This document shows positions 19,135 through 29,421 of a stretch of DNA of 64,000 nucleotides, one piece after another. Source of the stretch: an uncultured bacterium (GTDB lineage: Bacteria; JAJVIF01; JAPKYR01); the NCBI GenBank assembly GCA_965369865.1, contig CBDURU010000003.1, forward strand, positions 1 to 64,000, read 5' to 3'. Made by a program: the position numbers and the translations under genes. The notes below the pieces were generated by a model that saw only the letters and a program-made list of their open reading frames with translations, was not told the DNA's origin and did not search any database. The number at the start of each line of letters is the position of its first letter. The stretch's first letter is position 1.

Positions 19135-20673
19135 TTACTCGTCCTGCTCCCCGGGAATTTCATCGACCAGAATATCCGGCGATCCCATGAAGGCGCGCCA
19201 GAAAACCGGACCGGGGTAAATTGTACCCGGAACGAGAGCGATGTCGGGTCCCGGAGCGAAAAGGATATCAAATCTCGCGATTGGAAGTAATAACCCGGAA
19301 TCCACGAGGGCATTTCCGAGCTCAGTAAGGTCGGCATCGGGTTTGCATGACCGGACATCGTTAAGCAGCATCCGGTTACCAGAATTCAAAGCAAGGCCCG
19401 CGATATCCCACCATCCACTGCGATCGTATAAAGTGAGGCACTGGGGCAGGACTCCCTCACCGCCTTCGGGAATTCTAAATGAGAGAAGGATCGCGTCCGC
19501 TGAGGCTGAAAGCGCGAGCGGACCAGCCATCTCCCGGATCTCGACCTGAATCCCAAGGCTCTCCCAGTTCGCGCGAAGGCGTCCGGCGGTTGAGATAGCC
19601 GCGGGATCGTCGCAAACCAGCAGATCAATTTTATCGAGAGGATTCGCGATATTTTCAGATAATTCACGGTCATCGGTTGTTGAAGTGTTATCATCATCGA
19701 GTTCAGGATTCCCCTCGAAATCCCCGGCGATTCGCGCACCCCGGCCAAGGATAAGGCTGGCTATGCTCTCGCGATCCACAGACTGGGCAAGTGATAGGCG
19801 TTCATTTAAATCCGGAACTCTTGCCGGATTGAACATGAGAACAATAAGACCTTGTCCTACAGTTTCAATTCTTTCGGGAACGGCGCGTGAAGAACCGGTG
19901 TACATGTCGAGTTCATTCGATGTGATCAGTAAAGCATCAAGACTTCCCCGCACGAAATCGAGCACGCTGTCCTCGGCGGTTGTGTAGGAAATAATGCTTA
20001 CTTCATCGAGGTATGCCCGTCCGGAGTGATGTGTCAGGGCGGTGGTAAACCTGCGACGGTCCATGGATGGCTGCGAATTTGTAAACGGCCCGGTTCCATC
20101 TCCGGGGGAAATTTCTGTGGACACAAGTCGAAGCGCCGGACTTCTGAACGCGCGATCGAGATCGGATTTAGTCAAGCCATCGGCGATATCAATTTCTATT
20201 ATATGCGGTCCCACCGCGTTTAATCCTGTGAGACCGTCGATTCCATTTATTCCCCTCAACGCCCATCGTGCGTCCCATCTTTCAGTGACACGCGCTTCCA
20301 GTGATTCAATGACCTCATCGGCAGTCATAAGCCTCGCGGGGGCGTCGTCCCATACAATATTGGCTGAGATCCTGATAACTGTCGCGCCAGATTCCGTTTC
20401 CTCCCAGGCCGCCAGCGGGATTCCATTTCCAAGCGGGAAAAAGGTCTGCCAGGTTTCGTCCATTAATATTGAATTCAGGGGTGGTACCGGACGCGAGTAA
20501 TCATCGCTCAACCATTGTGATGTGACGCCCACAACCGGACTTCCGCCGATCGGGACAATCCCTTTGGCGGTGATATTCGAAGGCGAAAAAATAAGGACGG
20601 CAATTAACAACGCGACCAGGGATATTGAGGGTCGGTTTGCCGGTGCCGTGGATATGTCACGAAAAGAAGACAT
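19135..20673 (-). CDS. ABC family-5 (OppA-like) solute-binding protein, divergent
   Basis: Signal peptide; MTADEVIESL, GTGPF, YLDEV, SVDRESI motifs. Confidence 0.65.
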   Translation of the reverse strand: MSSFRDISTAPANRPSISLVALLIAVLIFSPSNITAKGIVPIGGSPVVGVTSQWLSDDYSRPVPPLNSILMDETWQTFFPLGNGIPLAAWEETESGATVIRISANIVWDDAPARLMTADEVIESLEARVTERWDARWALRGINGIDGLTGLNAVGPHIIEIDIADGLTKSDLDRAFRSPALRLVSTEISPGDGTGPFTNSQPSMDRRRFTTALTHHSGRAYLDEVSIISYTTAEDSVLDFVRGSLDALLITSNELDMYTGSSRAVPERIETVGQGLIVLMFNPARVPDLNERLSLAQSVDRESIASLILGRGARIAGDFEGNPELDDDNTSTTDDRELSENIANPLDKIDLLVCDDPAAISTAGRLRANWESLGIQVEIREMAGPLALSASADAILLSFRIPEGGEGVLPQCLTLYDRSGWWDIAGLALNSGNRMLLNDVRSCKPDADLTELGNALVDSGLLLPIARFDILFAPGPDIALVPGTIYPGPVFWRAFMGSPDILVDEIPGEQDE

Positions 20674-22244
20674 CAGTAGTAGATTTTCACACCTTCCTCT
20701 TCTAGAACAGCCACGAGGATTTCGGATTTACCGTCACGGTCGATATCACCAAGAGCGATATCGATAACGGGTCCATTGGGAACCGGGAACTCAGCGAAAA
20801 TGATCCCCGAGTAGAGTTCGAGCAGGGTTAATTTATCTGAAATAATCGAAGGGGATGTGAGAATCGCGATCGGGCTGTTACGGTGGATCGCGATTTCAAC
20901 CTGCGTTCCCCATACGCCGTCAAGAGTTTCAATCCCTCCGGAATGGGGCAAAATGCTTAATATGCCTTCTATATTGATCGCGGCCAGGGACGGGAAGCCC
21001 GCCTTGGTTTCCGGAATTACCGCGATGTCGACGGGAGAAAAATTAATGTGCAACCTGGATGAATCCCTTTCCGAGAGTGGATACCTCCAGGAAACCAGCG
21101 CGGGATCGAGTGAGACACTGTTTATCATGTACGGCGCGACCAGGACGCCCCGTGAGTGTGTGTCGACAGCGACTGGCGGATAGGGAAGGTATCCCATAAG
21201 GATCCATTCGTCACCTGAAAGGCTCCAGATTTCCCCTCGCATCCCACCCGGAGGCGCGAGGCATATTTCAGCGAGCGAATTTCCATCGAGATCGACAAGC
21301 TGAAGAGCGCCGCCATCATCGCGATGCCGTACAGGTCCCGGTGGGATCGAAATGGTCAGTGAATTTAATAACCGGGGTTCATCCCACGAAAGATCGTAAA
21401 TCCAGAGATTGGACCCATCGAGGACCACGAGTTCATCGGCGAGTCCGGGAACGATATTTCCGCACGCGATACTGACCACCCGCCGTCCCGGGGGCGCGAT
21501 GTAATGCTCGAACGGTGAACTCTGACCTGTCAGGTAAGAGGGATCGAGAAGATTTTGCGCGGTGAAAACTTCGCCGGACAGTGGATCGAGTACGATATTG
21601 CTGACAGTTTCACCGCCGGGGGCGTTAACTGCGATCCTGATCGTAAGGCCTTCGAAATCAGGCGTGAAAGTGAGTTTCCAGGATGGTTCCGACGAAATTC
21701 CAAGCACAGGACGAACTGAAGCCCGTACGTTCAGCAAACCGTGTATGGCCTGGAGAAGCCTGTCGAGATCAGGTTCCGCGTAACCTTCGGATGGATTCGA
21801 GATCAGGGATATAGTGGGAGGGAGACGAATGAGCCTTGCGAAATGGAGGGTTGAAAGGTCGGCAATACTGGTCCAGTCGCGTGGTTCAGCGAAGCTGTAG
21901 TCTTCGCGGGTCCAGGCGACCTGAACTTCCCCGGCGATCTCCTCCTGCCCGCCGCTATGTTGAATACGGTAAATTTCGTAAACCTGCCCCACCGAGACCC
22001 CGTCCTGACTTCCAGCATCGATAAAACACCCGCCCTCGTTTACCGAAAGAATCCTGGCGGAAATTGACGGGTATTCAGCCAGGACCAGATCGAGTGCCCA
22101 TTCGACAGTAGTGGAAGCGGTCGCGGATATATTCCAGCCCTTGCCGGTGTCCTGCTTATGGTTAGCCATAGTTCCATCGGCACGGACGCCGAGAAGGGTT
22201 AGAAAACAGCAGAATACTAACAGGTATGCAATCCTGTGGAGCAT
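20673..22244 (-). CDS. Secreted hypothetical protein with FlgT-C-like domain and FG-GAP/VCBS-like repeats
   Basis: IDAGSQDGVSVGQVYEIYR; DLDGNSLAEI and GDIDRDGKSEI Ca-binding-type repeats; TGATG overlap with the downstream gene. Confidence 0.55.
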   Translation of the reverse strand: MLHRIAYLLVFCCFLTLLGVRADGTMANHKQDTGKGWNISATASTTVEWALDLVLAEYPSISARILSVNEGGCFIDAGSQDGVSVGQVYEIYRIQHSGGQEEIAGEVQVAWTREDYSFAEPRDWTSIADLSTLHFARLIRLPPTISLISNPSEGYAEPDLDRLLQAIHGLLNVRASVRPVLGISSEPSWKLTFTPDFEGLTIRIAVNAPGGETVSNIVLDPLSGEVFTAQNLLDPSYLTGQSSPFEHYIAPPGRRVVSIACGNIVPGLADELVVLDGSNLWIYDLSWDEPRLLNSLTISIPPGPVRHRDDGGALQLVDLDGNSLAEICLAPPGGMRGEIWSLSGDEWILMGYLPYPPVAVDTHSRGVLVAPYMINSVSLDPALVSWRYPLSERDSSRLHINFSPVDIAVIPETKAGFPSLAAINIEGILSILPHSGGIETLDGVWGTQVEIAIHRNSPIAILTSPSIISDKLTLLELYSGIIFAEFPVPNGPVIDIALGDIDRDGKSEILVAVLEEEGVKIYY

Positions 22245-22288
22245 GTCAGGATCAAATTATAGCAGCATTATGCGGGGAATTGGATTAA

Positions 22289-23227
22289 TTACCTGCCAGT
22301 CTTACGTTCGACGATGCAGCAGGATTCGATAACATCCCGTTTTTTCAGGTAAGCCAAAAGCTCGTCAGCGATTTCCATCGCCTCCGCGGCATGTGTTAAA
22401 CCGCGCCGTGAAGACTGTATGACCGCAAGCGCGATGGTGACGATCGGGGATTCAATTTCGATACCTTTCCGGTTGGTTACGATGATCGTGCCGCGGGTCA
22501 GGTCGGAAATATCATAAAAACCCGCCACCAGCTCATCGAAGGAGTCTACAATTCTCTCAGCAATGACGGGGGCAAGTTTTTCGCTGGTTATAAAGGCAAA
22601 ATCGTCGCTCCCCAGATGGGCGAGAAAATTCTGGGGGCACGGATTGGCATCGAGAGCGAGCAGCATCAGGTCTCCGACAGCTTTGAGCATCTGATCGCCG
22701 CGGGAATATGAATACGCGCGGTTGTAATTTTTAAATTGATTGAGGTCAGCGAAAATCACTCCAAATCTCTCGCCGGTGTTGATATGTTCCCTGAGTTCGG
22801 ACTCAAAGGCGGCAGCGGAGGGAAGGCCGGTGACTGGATTTTTTTCAGCGGATGGCCGGCGTCCGGAAAGCATGACCCGGACTTTTTTAACGAGTAATTC
22901 AGGATCGAGATCGAAATCATTGGCCTGCCTTGGAATGAGAAGATATTCAAAGCCGTCGGGGATGTCTTCTTCATCTTCGATCAGGATCAAAGTACGGTTA
23001 TTCGGTTCATTTGGCCGGGAGCTCGTGTCGAGTTCAGAGAATTCGTTGATGTCGACAATTAAAAGGCCGGGATTGCCGGATGGTTCGTCCTCAACCGGGA
23101 CGCCATCGAGCCGGAGGGCGATAGCAACTATGTCGGAAAGGGTCTCATCGGATATTTTCAACCGCACCTGGGAACCCTGTCTTTCATTTTCCACGAATAG
23201 TTCTCCTGAATTCGATAAAGATGTCAT
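22289..23227 (-). CDS. GGDEF-domain protein (variant GSDDF)
   Basis: NPVTGLP, ADLNQFKNYN..Y..GD.ML, HLGSDDF. Confidence 0.8.
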   Translation of the reverse strand: MTSLSNSGELFVENERQGSQVRLKISDETLSDIVAIALRLDGVPVEDEPSGNPGLLIVDINEFSELDTSSRPNEPNNRTLILIEDEEDIPDGFEYLLIPRQANDFDLDPELLVKKVRVMLSGRRPSAEKNPVTGLPSAAAFESELREHINTGERFGVIFADLNQFKNYNRAYSYSRGDQMLKAVGDLMLLALDANPCPQNFLAHLGSDDFAFITSEKLAPVIAERIVDSFDELVAGFYDISDLTRGTIIVTNRKGIEIESPIVTIALAVIQSSRRGLTHAAEAMEIADELLAYLKKRDVIESCCIVERKTGR

Positions 23228-25974
23228 ACCCCCGTACCCAGCAGCCTGACAGTATTTAATTCGCCGCTGGTATCTTCAACCCATAGATAGTCGGATTCAT
23301 GCCTCATCAACAGGAACCCCCTGCCTTTATCTTCCAAAATCATTTCCGGTTTGAGTACCGGGCTGGTGACCCGATCGTTAAGTTTTCCACCTTCATCGCG
23401 AACACTGATCTGAACATGGTTCGCTGAATGGCGGACCTTCAATTCAATATTAGCGTTGCCGTTTAATTTATTGCCATGTTCGTGTGCATTACGGATAGCC
23501 TCATTAAGCAGAAGCCTGCAAGCGTTGAAATCACATCCGCTCACCTGCTTTTCACCCAGCCATTTAAGGCAGGGATCGATCATGTCAAGCCGTTCATTTC
23601 CAGTAAATATCTTTTCCCAGCCAGGCGGCGGATCGTAACCGATAACAACCAGGCTGCGGTCCTCGATGATATCATCGCCAGGTGAAAATTCACCCACACT
23701 TGTAAGTATGCTGTCATAAAGGGCTTTTGCCGGGAGGAAAAAAGCCTTTCTTATACAATTCAATAAACCTGTTTCTCCCCAGTTACTACCGGATTCGTTC
23801 CTTGCCCCGAGAAGCCCATGCGAAGCCCAGACGAGCTTTTCACCAGGCGCGAATGTAAATTCCAGTTCCTCAAGCCTGGCGTCATCAAATAACCCGAGCG
23901 GAAGGCCTTCAGGATCAAATGTTTCGATATTACCGTCCGAGGCAACTTTGAAAAGCCTGGGCGCCCCGGCACGTGTAAACCGTCCGGTTTTTTGATCCTC
24001 GTCAAGGTGAATTCCAATAAGGCTGGCGAAAATTCCGGACGACGATTCACTCTCGATCTCATTCAGCCTGGAATTGATCCCGTTCAGTGCAGTTAAAGGA
24101 TTGGATATTTTGTGAGGGATATCCGCAAGAAGCTGTCGAATAAACATGACCGACCAGCCAGTCGCAGCACCATGTTCCGCAACGTCGGCCATCCACAAGT
24201 TAATAATCCCTTCAGCCGGATCCCGGATAACCAGAACGTCGCCGGCAAGCTCAGTGGTTGTCATGAAATTCGCCCAGCAAACAAGGTTACCGGATCGTAA
24301 AAACCCCGGTGTAAGTTTCTCCTGCAGAATCCGTACACGCTTTAGGTCCTCTTCAACGAGCCTCGTCATTTTCAGGCTTCGTTCAAATTCGCGGGCGGTT
24401 GCAAGAGAGTCAGCCGCGGTTCGTCCGAAAATCGCAAGGAGGTCCTTCGATTCGCTCTCGATGGCGAATTTCCACGAGCAGAGGAAGATACATACCCCCA
24501 GGATTTCTCCGTGCCGTTCGAGCGGAAGAATTCCGATGGCCTCCCTGTCTGTGGGTGCAAAGCCGGGGGGCGGTTCTTTACCACCCAGCACGGATTTGAG
24601 CCTGTTCGCAAGGATGAGTAAGGGCATCCTGCTTTTTACCGCGATCGATACGATTGCCGGAAGTCTTGAAGCCCTCTGGAACATTTCCAGCGCGTCATCG
24701 GGCAGGTCGCGCCAGGCGAGGGGTATGACGGGTTCACTCCCGGTATTCCGGGAGGGTAGCCCGAGTAATATTGCCTTGCTGGAATTTGTGAGCCCGAGCA
24801 GGTAGTCGATTATTGTATCGGCGGTTTCCCGGCTTCCACTTCCCCAGGCGGTTTCGCGGCTTAGAGACAGGATATCCCTGATGGTTTGATTTACGGAATC
24901 GATTCTCGATCTTTCATTAACTCTGTCAAATGCAAGGGCACATTCCGCGGACGCCACACGGCTGAGTGACAGCTCCATTGTGCCCGGTTGCTCGGAGCCG
25001 ATCACAATCATGGCAAGGACCCCGTAGGCTTCACCGGGTCGAATCGGTAATGTGCATGCCGAAAGACCGGACATGGTTTCAACATCAATAAGAGACCTCA
25101 AGCCGGGCGGGATATCGGTTTCCCGGACCCAGCGTGCTTCACCAAGATTATAAATTTCCTCGATTTTCTCGGGCAACTCCTGATCCATCACCAGTCCTGG
25201 AACTTTCTCATCCAGGATGACAGTGGAATAAATCCGGAGGCCATTTTCCGATTCCGTCCAGAGGGCGACCCCAATTACGTTTTCAAAAAGGCCGGACAGG
25301 GCAGTTGAAAGGTTGTCGAGAATATCGGAACGCGTGGTAGCACAGTTAAGAATGGCTGTCAGGTTCAGGATTGCATCGAAATGCGACAATATATAACCAG
25401 TGTGTGAGCTCTCTTTTCCGATGATCTCTTCATAGACCTGGAGGTAATCGGAAAGCAGGCAGGCCCTGAGGTCTGAATGGAAAAACTCACCCAGTGCGTA
25501 TAAGACCTCATCCGATTCCTCGCTGTCAGGGTCGATATCAAGGTGTGGAATAATGAATAACGGGAAAGCTTCCTCCAGTTTAAGGAGGTCCGTGTACGAA
25601 TTCGTGCTGTTGATCCAGTCGTGGAGCAGCCGGCGGATTACGTTTTCGAACCCGGAATATTCAGCTCCTTCAAGGAGGTTCGCGAGTACCTCAAGGCCGA
25701 GCCGGGCAAGGTTCGATGCTTCTTCCACGGTCGTGTCATCCAGGACCAGTTCATTTGCCCGAGTAAACTTAACCCATCGTTCCGCAAACTCATCGAGTTC
25801 TGTACGAATGGTCCCGGCAAGTTTTATCCTCACATGAGATCTCATGAGTTTTTTCCGCACCAGGTTTAATGCAGCAACAAATTTGTCTACAGACTGCTTA
25901 AGATCGAATTCAGCCCATCTCAACCCAGGCTTTAATAATGTTGTCTGTCTCGGCGCCTGGAATCGGGCCTGCAC
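23224..25974 (-). CDS. GAF / SpoIIE-type PP2C / RsbW-like HATPase fusion protein (true start probably downstream of 25910)
   Basis: LAGD, ADVAEHG, GLPLGL; C-terminal EAIRNAHEHGN, VRDEG, GRGFLLM. ATGA overlap with the GGDEF gene. Confidence 0.8.
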   Translation of the reverse strand: MQARFQAPRQTTLLKPGLRWAEFDLKQSVDKFVAALNLVRKKLMRSHVRIKLAGTIRTELDEFAERWVKFTRANELVLDDTTVEEASNLARLGLEVLANLLEGAEYSGFENVIRRLLHDWINSTNSYTDLLKLEEAFPLFIIPHLDIDPDSEESDEVLYALGEFFHSDLRACLLSDYLQVYEEIIGKESSHTGYILSHFDAILNLTAILNCATTRSDILDNLSTALSGLFENVIGVALWTESENGLRIYSTVILDEKVPGLVMDQELPEKIEEIYNLGEARWVRETDIPPGLRSLIDVETMSGLSACTLPIRPGEAYGVLAMIVIGSEQPGTMELSLSRVASAECALAFDRVNERSRIDSVNQTIRDILSLSRETAWGSGSRETADTIIDYLLGLTNSSKAILLGLPSRNTGSEPVIPLAWRDLPDDALEMFQRASRLPAIVSIAVKSRMPLLILANRLKSVLGGKEPPPGFAPTDREAIGILPLERHGEILGVCIFLCSWKFAIESESKDLLAIFGRTAADSLATAREFERSLKMTRLVEEDLKRVRILQEKLTPGFLRSGNLVCWANFMTTTELAGDVLVIRDPAEGIINLWMADVAEHGAATGWSVMFIRQLLADIPHKISNPLTALNGINSRLNEIESESSSGIFASLIGIHLDEDQKTGRFTRAGAPRLFKVASDGNIETFDPEGLPLGLFDDARLEELEFTFAPGEKLVWASHGLLGARNESGSNWGETGLLNCIRKAFFLPAKALYDSILTSVGEFSPGDDIIEDRSLVVIGYDPPPGWEKIFTGNERLDMIDPCLKWLGEKQVSGCDFNACRLLLNEAIRNAHEHGNKLNGNANIELKVRHSANHVQISVRDEGGKLNDRVTSPVLKPEMILEDKGRGFLLMRHESDYLWVEDTSGELNTVRLLGTGV

Positions 25975-26797
25975 CGGTATAATTAACGCTGAGCGACAGG
26001 TTGACGTCCAGCCCTTCTACTATCCTGCCATAAACGGTGTACATCCCGTTTAAACTGACTCCGCTTTGATCGGTGTGGACGAAATAGAACTGGCTTCCCG
26101 ATGAACGCCTTTCAGGATTGATCTGGTCTCCTGTCCTTGCCGCAGACATGCTGCCCGCAAGGTGTGGAAGTTCAATTTCGGCAGGGAGTGTGTAACCGGG
26201 TCCGCCACCGCCTGTCCCGTCGGGATCGCCACCCTGGCTCATGAAGTTTGAAATTACTCGATGGAATATTAAACCATCGTAAAAGCCGTCCTGTACGAGT
26301 TTTACGCAATTGGCGCCATGAATCGGCGCCTCATTTGGGAATAACTGGATTTTTATTATTCCCTTCGTGGTTTCGAAGACGACCCGGATGCTGGTTAGAA
26401 GTTCAACCTCTTCATCCGTAATTGCTTCGGGCGGCCATTCTTCATAATGTCCGAAAATGTTTTCGGGAATTTCATTTGTTTCAGTCATTGTTTCCTCTTC
26501 TTCGGTCTCAGTTTCAGGTTCAATAATTTCTACTTCATCCTCCGCATCAACATCACCGGAGTCCTCATCATTTCCAGGCCCATCGTCCGGGTTGCCCTTT
26601 GGACTGGTGCCCTCAGCTTCAATGGGCTCTTCACCGTTGGCGTCTTCAAGTGCATCGGCTCCAAGGGTGTCATCCACTTCTTCAACCCCGTTCGGATCAT
26701 CCTGGTCGGGCGATTCCTCCGGAGGCGGTGTACATGCTGAAAATATCAGGCATGAAATTCCAGCAAGCAGCAAAAATAAAAATACGTAGTGTCTCAT
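25910..26797 (-). CDS. Cyclophilin-type peptidyl-prolyl isomerase lipoprotein with acidic linker
   Basis: Lipobox FSAC; GFYDGLIFHRVISNFMSQGGDP, SGSQFY, YTVYG. Confidence 0.92.
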   Translation of the reverse strand: MRHYVFLFLLLAGISCLIFSACTPPPEESPDQDDPNGVEEVDDTLGADALEDANGEEPIEAEGTSPKGNPDDGPGNDEDSGDVDAEDEVEIIEPETETEEEETMTETNEIPENIFGHYEEWPPEAITDEEVELLTSIRVVFETTKGIIKIQLFPNEAPIHGANCVKLVQDGFYDGLIFHRVISNFMSQGGDPDGTGGGGPGYTLPAEIELPHLAGSMSAARTGDQINPERRSSGSQFYFVHTDQSGVSLNGMYTVYGRIVEGLDVNLSLSVNYTGAGPIPGAETDNIIKAWVEMG

Positions 26798-27109
26798 GTC
26801 AGCTCCTTACAATAACAAAAAAGTTGTACGGTATTATACCAAGATTAGGCCGCATATGAAAACAAGTATTATAGTATTGCGTTTTACGAATAGAATTATT
26901 TAAAAGTTCCAAAAGTGCTTATGTTTTGATCCGGGTGCCAGGATTTAAAATTGATTGGATATTATTAAGGGACATTTTTGAAACTTTACTCCATTTCAAA
27001 CTGTAACATGTAATGAAAGACATCCGATGTCATGAACATGCCGGCCGATCAGCAAGGCAACAAAGAAAATTTGAAAAAAATACAGGACAAAATACATACA
27101 GGTGCAACC

Positions 27110-27859
27110 ATGACACATAAAACAACAAAAAATTTCCCGGGTCTTGTTTTGGTAATCATTATGCTGGTGGCCGGATTCCTTGCGATCAGCGATAATGCCT
27201 GGGCGCAGGACGAATTGGACAAACCATTAACAGATCAGCCGGTGACGGAAGAACCGGGAGAGATGGAACAACCGGGATCACTATTTGAGACAACATCTGG
27301 CAGGCAGACATTAATGCGGGGTGGTGATCTTATGCCGTTCATGCTGCCGATAATTTTCATATTCGTTGTCATGGGAATCGCGGCATTTTCACTTATCTGG
27401 AGAGCGCTTTTTCCAAGACGGGCTGAATGGACAAGGGAAATCGCGCAGCGGATGCCGGTCGGCAGCCTCTTTTTTGGGCTTGGAGCGTTTATTGTCACTT
27501 TTATACTTATCGCCATATTTTCCAACGCAGGTGAAGGCGCTGAGATACTGGCGGTTTTGATACTGGCAGCATTTTTACTCCTGCTGGGGACTTTCAAAAT
27601 TACGGCGATGGTTGGATGGGCGGGTGACGTGCTTGATCCGGCATCGACCGGAATAAAGCACGCATTGTACGGAGCTTCGGCGTTGATGCTTTTACTCGTG
27701 ATTCCATTTCTAGGCTGGCTGGTACTGTTCGGATTAGCTTGTATCGGGGTTGGCGCTGCATTGATGAGCTATATCCCGGCCCGAAGGGTGACGGAAGCGA
27801 ATTCCGTGGGTGGCGCTATTCAAAATGAATCAACCCGGTCTGATCCAATAGAAAAATAG
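27110..27859 (+). CDS. Hypothetical membrane protein
   Basis: Signal peptide plus several TM helices; IPFLGWL..GVGA C-terminal motif. Confidence 0.65.
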   Translation: MTHKTTKNFPGLVLVIIMLVAGFLAISDNAWAQDELDKPLTDQPVTEEPGEMEQPGSLFETTSGRQTLMRGGDLMPFMLPIIFIFVVMGIAAFSLIWRALFPRRAEWTREIAQRMPVGSLFFGLGAFIVTFILIAIFSNAGEGAEILAVLILAAFLLLLGTFKITAMVGWAGDVLDPASTGIKHALYGASALMLLLVIPFLGWLVLFGLACIGVGAALMSYIPARRVTEANSVGGAIQNESTRSDPIEK

Positions 27860-27917
27860 TATTAACAAACGTGCGCTCTTCAAGAAATCAGTTACTTCAA
27901 TGCGCAGAATGCACATG

Positions 27918-29306
27918 TTACGCCTGGGCGGATGGTTGATCTTCGGGGGGAGTGACATCGTAGCCGATTGGGGTGATAGACCTTGTGGAAGTATCTATCT
28001 TCTCCAGGTCGGGGAGTTCCTTAGGGCTTGATACGCCAAGCTCTTTAAATTTTCGTCCCGAAACTATTACGCGTGTGTTTAATGATCCGACAGCTTCGTT
28101 GTAGGCTTTCAGGCTGCGATCCAGGTTTTTCCCGACATTCTGGAAGTGATCGATCATTACAGAAAGACGTTCGTAAAGTTCTTTACCCAGCTCCGAAATC
28201 TGTTTCGCGTTTTCCTCAAGCGCTTCCTGACGCCAGCCGTACGCGACAGCTTTAAGCAGTGCAATCAGGGTGGCGGGTGTCGCGAGTATCACTTTCTGGC
28301 GGAAGGCATCCTCCAATAGTCCAGGTTCTTCCTGCAATGCCGCACCAAGGAACTGTTCGCCGGGAAGGAACATCACGACAAATTCAGGCGCTTCATCGAA
28401 CTGGTCCCAGTATTCTTTTCTGCTCAGATCAAGGCAATGTTTTTTGACATGAGAAGCGTATTTTGTGATGTGGGTAGTGCGTTCCTCATCAGTGGCACAA
28501 TCGACAGCTTCAAGGTAGCCCGCAAGCGGAGCCTTCGCGTCGACCACGATCCGACGGCCGTTGGGGAGGTTGACCATCATATCGGGACGTAGTTTCCCGT
28601 CTTCGGTATCCACGGTTTCCTGTTCGTAAAAATCGCATCGTTCGACCATGCCTGCAAGCTCCGCGACACGTTTGAGCGTCAGTTCTCCCCATCGCCCCCT
28701 GACTTTCGGTGATGATAAAGCGGTCACAAGTTTGCTAGTCTCTGTTTTAAGGGATAATTCCGATTCGAGGAGAGCCTTGACCTGGTCCTGAAGGCTCGTA
28801 TATTGTCCCGTCTGCTTCTCGGACATGTCCGAAATCAATTTCTGATACTTATCCAGATTCTCTTTCATAGGTTTGACGAGATTTTCGATAGCTTTCTGGC
28901 GTTCTGTTAAATCCCCCTTAGCCTCTGTCTGGTATTTTTCAAGCGTTGATTTCGCGAGTTTCAGGAATGCTTCATTGCTGGTGTTTAAAACATCCGAAGA
29001 CAGCGCCTTAAATGTTGTGCCAAGTGTCTTCTTAGCTTCTTCGATAAATTTTACCTGGTCCCGGAGGTCTTCGAGTTTCGATTCAGCCTTTACGCGGTTC
29101 TGGCCTTCCTCTTTAAGTTCTGTATTTAACACATCAATACGCTCATTCATGCCCTCGATCCGCAGTGTGAGATCATTGACTGCCTGCATGCGGACATCGA
29201 GCTGCCCGCGAGCTTTCTCTACCCTGGCTTTTCCGGCGAAATGCGCTATCAGGAACCCAACAATACCGCCCAGTATTAATCCACCTATCAGGCTGATCCA
29301 GTCCAT
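27918..29306 (-). CDS. rmuC: DNA recombination protein RmuC
   Basis: N-terminal TM + coiled coil; RGRWGELTL, LRPDM..LP, IVVDAKAPL, PEFVVMFLPGE. Start moved to ATG 29306 (GGAGG RBS). Confidence 0.93.
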   Translation of the reverse strand: MDWISLIGGLILGGIVGFLIAHFAGKARVEKARGQLDVRMQAVNDLTLRIEGMNERIDVLNTELKEEGQNRVKAESKLEDLRDQVKFIEEAKKTLGTTFKALSSDVLNTSNEAFLKLAKSTLEKYQTEAKGDLTERQKAIENLVKPMKENLDKYQKLISDMSEKQTGQYTSLQDQVKALLESELSLKTETSKLVTALSSPKVRGRWGELTLKRVAELAGMVERCDFYEQETVDTEDGKLRPDMMVNLPNGRRIVVDAKAPLAGYLEAVDCATDEERTTHITKYASHVKKHCLDLSRKEYWDQFDEAPEFVVMFLPGEQFLGAALQEEPGLLEDAFRQKVILATPATLIALLKAVAYGWRQEALEENAKQISELGKELYERLSVMIDHFQNVGKNLDRSLKAYNEAVGSLNTRVIVSGRKFKELGVSSPKELPDLEKIDTSTRSITPIGYDVTPPEDQPSAQA

Positions 29307-29421
29307 TGTGAACCTCCCTGGAAAACTAAGCTTACAATAGCATAAATGGATACGGATATCCGCAATCAGCGTAACCACCGTGGTATAATCCATCGGGAAT
29401 CGAATAGATACGATAAACAAA

